This document shows, one piece after another, positions 63,251-64,000 of a stretch of DNA of 64,000 bases (position 1 is the stretch's first letter; each line of letters opens with the position of its first letter). The notes beneath the pieces were generated by a model that was given only the letters and a program-made list of their open reading frames with translations, had not been told where the DNA came from and ran no database searches. Source of the DNA: Convolutriloba macropyga (taxonomy: Eukaryota). Position numbers and translations under genes: made by a program. Location of the stretch: NCBI RefSeq assembly GCF_964194025.1, contig NC_134475.1, forward strand, positions 44,144,001 to 44,208,000, given 5' to 3'.

Positions 63251-64000
63251 TGTTTGAGTTTTAAAAACTTGTTTCACACCCAAACTACTAATTGAATTAC
63301 ATAATGCCATGTCTCACAACAGCGCTCAAAAGATCTGCCAAGAAAAAGACTACGAGAAAAAAACAAATAAGCAAAATTTAAAAAAATTAATGACGAAAAC
63401 TCAATATCTAAATGTAAAAGGAGCTAGTAAACAACGTCAAAATGCATTCAGATAAAAGCTTAACTGCACAAATTTTCTTTTACCTTAAGTATTCAGCAGA
63501 TGGGACTTTTCGTTAAGAAGACCAGGTAACAAGTAAAAAGGAAAAATAATGATGCTAAATTCAAACATCTATCAACATTTTTTAAAACAAATAATTTCAA
63601 ACGTCTTAAAATCACTAGCTTTAACAAAACAATTCTCCATATGTTTGTTATGAAACAATTACGAAACTGATAAGACCGGTCTTTGCTTAGACTAAGCCAT
63701 AGAAACGTACTAAAGATACAGAAAATCTCAAGAAAATACAAATAATCTGCGGAAACAAATCGATGAGGCCATTAAAAGTATTAGCTACATCTAAATTTTG
63801 CTTTTTTATTTAAATTGTGATCTATACTGATCGAGCTAAAATTATACTGAACGATTAAATAAGTTCACTTGGGCCACATTTGAAAACAATTGGGCTCAGT
63901 GATTACGCGAACGTGGTAAAAAAATGAAAAAAAAACAGACATTGACAACTCACAAAACATTTATGAAAACGCATATTTTCCTCGAAACAAAACATCAGTT

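Noticed and set aside
58675-63741. Further 5' exons of the transporter (58675-58878, ~62240-62370, ~63490-63570)
   Set aside because: Some hydrophobic or suggestive peptide, but I could not build stop-free, phase-consistent splice junctions.

Overview
AT-rich eukaryotic DNA, most likely from an invertebrate animal (spliceosomal introns, Integrator subunit, LINEs; species not determinable from sequence). (1) 1 to ~9.2 kb: an endogenous Polinton/Maverick-type (adintovirus-like) dsDNA virus segment, all genes on +. It encodes a duplicated 2-TM protein, a frameshifted packaging ATPase, an rve integrase, a basic core protein, the major capsid protein and an adenain protease. An accessory tail follows, with a spliced orphan ORF, three evenly spaced double-hairpin repeats, an SGNH-hydrolase-like ORF and a pre-miRNA-like hairpin. 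No pPolB, minor capsid gene or terminal inverted repeat is visible in the window. (2) 11.1-20.7 kb (-): host INTS1 in only two coding exons. (3) 29.6-58.7 kb (-): three exons of an SLC35G/EamA-like transporter. Its 9.6-kb and 18.8-kb introns hold a LINE, a complete BEL/Pao LTR element (5-bp TSD) and a 6.5-kb ~612-bp satellite with a 2675-bp higher-order repeat. (4) Many Helentron-type non-autonomous elements, LINE relics, a MITE and an assembly gap. All family assignments come from motif recognition by eye; no searches were run.
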